In this document: in pieces, positions 60,606 to 64,000 of the stretch | Position numbering within the stretch: position 1 is the stretch's first letter | Layout of the letters: the number at the start of each line of letters is the position of its first letter | DNA from: Vulcanimicrobiota bacterium | GTDB lineage: Bacteria > Vulcanimicrobiota > Vulcanimicrobiia > Vulcanimicrobiales > Vulcanimicrobiaceae | NCBI GenBank assembly: GCA_963795855.1 | Contig: CAWCIZ010000004.1 | Location: forward strand, 96,001-160,000 | Reading direction: 5' to 3' | DNA: 64,000 bases | Program-made: the position numbers and the translations under genes | Notes under the pieces: generated by a model | What the model was told of the DNA's origin: nothing | What the model saw: the letters and a program-made list of their open reading frames with translations, nothing else | Database searches by the model: none

Positions 60606-62051
60606 CTTGCCGGCTTGCCCGAGCTCGACCGCCGGAGCATTGTCCCGCTGTACCGGCAAATCTACGAGGCGCTGCGCGAATCGATTCTTGCCGGCACTCT
60701 TCCCGAATCTACCCGGCTGCCGCCCGAGCGCTCCCTTGCAGATCGGCTCAACGTCAACCGGAGCACGGTCGTGCACGCATATCGCGAGCTCGTTGCCGAC
60801 GGCCTCATCGAACAAAAGGTCGGTTCCGGTTCGCGCGTCGTGCCGCAGCTGCGTGCCGGACAACCCGAACGTTCGGCGGCGGTGCCGTGGTGGGTGACGC
60901 TGCCGCCGTGGCGCGTCGGCGAGTTCCCGACCATTCTGGGCGAGTTGGCGGCCAAACAGGAGCCGGGGCGGATCAGCTTCGTGCAGGGCGTCGCGCCCGA
61001 CGAACCTTCGCCGCTCGGCGAACTCGCCAAATCGTTTTCACGCGTTGCGTCGGATCCGCGCTTCATTCTTTCGTACGGCGACTCCGAAGGCTATGAGCCG
61101 CTGCGCGAAGCCATTTCGCGTCGGATGAAAGTGCGCGGCGCGCAAACGCAGCCCAAAGACGTGATCGTCTTGACCGGATCGACGCAAGGCATCATGGTCG
61201 TCGCTCAATCGCTCGCGGAGCCGGGCGACGAGATCATCGTCGAAACGCCGAGCTATCCGGGCGCGCTGCAGATTTTTCAGATCTGCGGCTTGCGCGCGAT
61301 TCCGGTTCCGGTCGACGAAGACGGAATGCGCGTCGATCACGTGGAGGCGATTTTGCGCACGCGCCGTCCGCGGTTCATTTACACGATGCCGTCGCTGCAT
61401 AATCCGACGAACGTTACGATGAATGCGGATCGCCGTGAACGGCTGGTCACGCTTGCACGCCGCGCCGGAATACCGATCGTCGAAGACGATCCGTACGGCG
61501 AGCTCGCCCAGCACGGATTGGTGCCGCTGGTCGGCTTGGCGCCCGACTACGTGGTGTACCTGAGCACGTTCAGTAAAACGATCGCGCCGTCGCTGCGCGT
61601 CGGGTGGCTCGCCGCGCCGCGCACCATCCTGGAACGCCTGTTACTGCGCAAGCAGGCGCTCGACATGGCGACGAGTCTCTACGTACAAGCCGCGATCTGC
61701 GATTACGTCGAGAGCGGTTACGATGCGCACGTCGCGCAATTGCGGCAAGAGCTGCGTTTGCGGCGCGAAATGGCCGACGCTGCGATTGCCGAACACTGGC
61801 CGAATAGCATGCGAGCGAGCAAAGCCGGCGGCGGATTCTACCTTTGGGCTACCACTCCGCGAGAGTTGCGCGCGCGGCCGCTTCTGGATCAAGCCGAGCG
61901 CCTTGGCGCATCGTTCCTGTTCGGCGAACCGTTCTTCGCGAATTCCGGCGGAGACCACAACTTTCGCTTGGCGTTGACGCCGGTCACGCGAGAGCAGATT
62001 CCCGAAGGAATCCGGCGCATAGGGAAAGCCGTCGCTCAGATGCGCCCATGA
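60588..62051 (+). CDS. MocR/GabR-family PLP-dependent transcriptional regulator (start may be TTG 60615)
   Basis: GntR wHTH PLYRQIY..LP.ERSLA..L.VNRSTV..AY.EL plus aminotransferase domain EDDPY, TFSKTIAP.LRVGW. Confidence 0.93.
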   Translation: MPKIGWLAGLPELDRRSIVPLYRQIYEALRESILAGTLPESTRLPPERSLADRLNVNRSTVVHAYRELVADGLIEQKVGSGSRVVPQLRAGQPERSAAVPWWVTLPPWRVGEFPTILGELAAKQEPGRISFVQGVAPDEPSPLGELAKSFSRVASDPRFILSYGDSEGYEPLREAISRRMKVRGAQTQPKDVIVLTGSTQGIMVVAQSLAEPGDEIIVETPSYPGALQIFQICGLRAIPVPVDEDGMRVDHVEAILRTRRPRFIYTMPSLHNPTNVTMNADRRERLVTLARRAGIPIVEDDPYGELAQHGLVPLVGLAPDYVVYLSTFSKTIAPSLRVGWLAAPRTILERLLLRKQALDMATSLYVQAAICDYVESGYDAHVAQLRQELRLRREMADAAIAEHWPNSMRASKAGGGFYLWATTPRELRARPLLDQAERLGASFLFGEPFFANSGGDHNFRLALTPVTREQIPEGIRRIGKAVAQMRP

Positions 62052-62884
62052 CCCACGGACGAGGCGTCGCCGATGCCGATCGCGACGTGCGCCAATACCT
62101 CGTGCGGGTCGCTGCGGTGCTGGGCCACGCGCTCGGCGACGAACTTCGCGGGTTGTACGTGCACGGCTCGCTCGCGAGCGGCGCGTTTCGCCGGGAGCAC
62201 AGCGACATCGATTTGCTTGCCGTCTGCCGCTCGAAACTCTCCCCCGGACGCCGAGAAGCGGTAGCGCGAGCGCTGGTGCAACTTTCCGACGCGCGCCCAA
62301 CGCTCGGCGACATCGACGTGAGTGTCGTCCAAGAACGGTTCGCGCGAGCATTCGAGCATCCGATGCCGTACGAAGTGCACTACAGTTCCGCCTGGCACGA
62401 AGCGATCCGGCACGGGAAAGTTGAATTCGCCGCCGATCCCACGAACATCGACCTGGCTGCCGACATCGTCGACGCTCGCGAGCGCGGCGTCACGCTCTAT
62501 GGGCCGCCGCCCGGTTCGTTGTTCGGGCCTGTGCCGTGGCATGCGTTCATCAACGCCCTGCAGGCGGACTTTCAGTGGGCGCGCGCGCATGTGAGCGACA
62601 TGCCGGTCTATGCGGTGCTGAACGCGTGCCGAGTGCTGCACGGCGCAACTTCACGCACCGTCACGGCGCTGAACAAGGACGAAGCGGCAACGTGGGCGCT
62701 GCAAACCGTACCGCGCATGTATCATTCGATCGTCAACGACGCGCTGCAAATCTATCGGGGCAGCAAGTCGCTCGACGACGTCGTCATCGCCGAACGCGAC
62801 GTCATCGCATTGCGCGAGTACGTGCGCCGGCGTTGCGAGTCGGCGTTCGCGCGCGCTTCGGATTGCGGAGAAGAAGAAGCGTGA
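62048..62884 (+). CDS. Aminoglycoside adenylyltransferase-like nucleotidyltransferase (DUF4111-type)
   Basis: YVHGSLA.G....SDIDLL, DLAA, GV.L.G, AVLNACR, K.EAA.WAL. Confidence 0.8.
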   Translation: MTHGRGVADADRDVRQYLVRVAAVLGHALGDELRGLYVHGSLASGAFRREHSDIDLLAVCRSKLSPGRREAVARALVQLSDARPTLGDIDVSVVQERFARAFEHPMPYEVHYSSAWHEAIRHGKVEFAADPTNIDLAADIVDARERGVTLYGPPPGSLFGPVPWHAFINALQADFQWARAHVSDMPVYAVLNACRVLHGATSRTVTALNKDEAATWALQTVPRMYHSIVNDALQIYRGSKSLDDVVIAERDVIALREYVRRRCESAFARASDCGEEEA

Positions 62885-63789
62885 CCGACGTTCAACGCCT
62901 GTTGCTGGGGTGGTACGCGCAGCATGGACGCGTGCATCTCCCATGGCGTGCGACGCGGGATCCGTACCGTATTCTGGTCAGCGAATTCATGCTGCAGCAG
63001 ACGCAAGTGGATCGCGTTCTTCCGAAGTACGACGCGTTCGTTTCGCGATTTCGCGATTTCCGATCGCTCGCCGCGGCAAGCACTGCCGACGTTTTACGCA
63101 TGTGGAAGGGCCTTGGCTATAATTCCCGGGCAGTGCGGCTCAGGCAGATCGCGCAAGAAATCGTCGAGCGGTTCGGCGGCGCCATGCCGCAGGACGTGGA
63201 AACGCTCCGGACGCTTCCGGGAATCGGCCCATACACGGTTTCGGCACTCCGCGCCTTCGCGTTCGGGTGCGACGACGCGGCGATCGACACGAACGTGCGC
63301 CGCGTCACGCACCGCGTTCTGTACGGACTTGAATTGCCGGCGCTGGTCGCAAAGGCGCAGCTGGACGCGCAAGCGCATGCGTTGGTACCGCCTGGCCGCG
63401 GCCACGATTGGAATTCCGCGATGATGGATCTAGGCTCATCGCTTTGTACGGCGCGCGCGCCGAAGTGCTTACTTTGCCCGTTGCAGACCGCATGCGCCGC
63501 CGCGCCGATCGATGCGGCGCAGCTCGAACGAGCGCGCAGCCGCCACGCCGTCAAGCGCTCTCCACAAGAAACGATTCCGTTCGAAAAGACGACGCGGTAC
63601 GCGCGCGGCCGCATCATCGATCGCCTCCGGGAACTTCCGCCGGGAAGGCGCATATCGCTGCTCGATCTCCACCATCAAGTCACCGGACGGATCGGCCGCA
63701 GCGCCGAGGAACTCGCAAACCTCGTGGACGTGCTCGCTCGCGACGGGCTCGTGCAAGTTCACGGCGAGCAGGTTTGCCTGCGCGACTAG
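62881..63789 (+). CDS. mutY: A/G-specific adenine glycosylase (short form)
   Basis: LPWR..DPY.ILVSEFMLQQTQV, W.GLGY..RA, LPGIGPYT, DTNVRRV, C-x6-C-x2-C-x5-C. Confidence 0.93.
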   Translation: MTDVQRLLLGWYAQHGRVHLPWRATRDPYRILVSEFMLQQTQVDRVLPKYDAFVSRFRDFRSLAAASTADVLRMWKGLGYNSRAVRLRQIAQEIVERFGGAMPQDVETLRTLPGIGPYTVSALRAFAFGCDDAAIDTNVRRVTHRVLYGLELPALVAKAQLDAQAHALVPPGRGHDWNSAMMDLGSSLCTARAPKCLLCPLQTACAAAPIDAAQLERARSRHAVKRSPQETIPFEKTTRYARGRIIDRLRELPPGRRISLLDLHHQVTGRIGRSAEELANLVDVLARDGLVQVHGEQVCLRD

Positions 63790-63802
63790 CAGAGGATAGC
63801 GT

Positions 63803-64000
63803 ATGCCGAAGATTCCCTTCCCGCTGCGCCGCGTTTCGAAAGAGGTCGCGCGCCGGCAACTGGCGATTCTGGAACGCACGTATCCGCACGCCGAAACGGC
63901 GCTCGCGTATTCAAACGCGTTCGAATTGCTCGTCGCCGTGATCCTGTCCGCTCAGTGCACCGACGCGCGCGTGAATATGACGACGCCGATCCTGTTCGAG
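63803..64000 (+). CDS. nth: Endonuclease III (partial, runs off the window)
   Basis: Own translation: [37 protein letters not shown]. Confidence 0.9.
   Translation, partial: MPKIPFPLRRVSKEVARRQLAILERTYPHAETALAYSNAFELLVAVILSAQCTDARVNMTTPILFE

Overview
GC-rich bacterial chromosomal window of about 60 densely packed genes, mostly housekeeping. The style of several proteins suggests Ca. Eremiobacterota/Vulcanimicrobiota, which is an unverified inference. It carries sufB plus a Rieske ferredoxin, polyamine genes (speD, speE, an Orn/Lys/Arg decarboxylase, MTA phosphorylase), the glycine cleavage operon gcvT-H-PA-PB and a distant lpdA-lipB-lipA operon. It also has scpAB-nfo-dinB, a Cas4/AddB-like nuclease with a degenerate UvrD-like helicase and a GNAT, ubiX, ispE, pdxST, bioAFDB, tmk-holB, ychF, gdhA, an RND pump, a MocR regulator, mutY and a partial nth. 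No rRNA, tRNA, transposase, phage or CRISPR-cas genes were recognised. About a dozen genes have frameshifts, densest in the first 7 kb and most likely sequencing indels. The most interesting signals are mainly non-coding. (1) A related structured element sits in sense orientation directly upstream of gcvT, gcvPA (partly duplicated as a 58-bp direct repeat) and lpdA, while no glycine riboswitch is recognisable. (2) A second hairpin element with compensatory base changes follows sufB and lpdA. (3) speD has a ~220-nt structured leader. (4) The nuclease/pseudo-helicase/GNAT operon has an atypical architecture.
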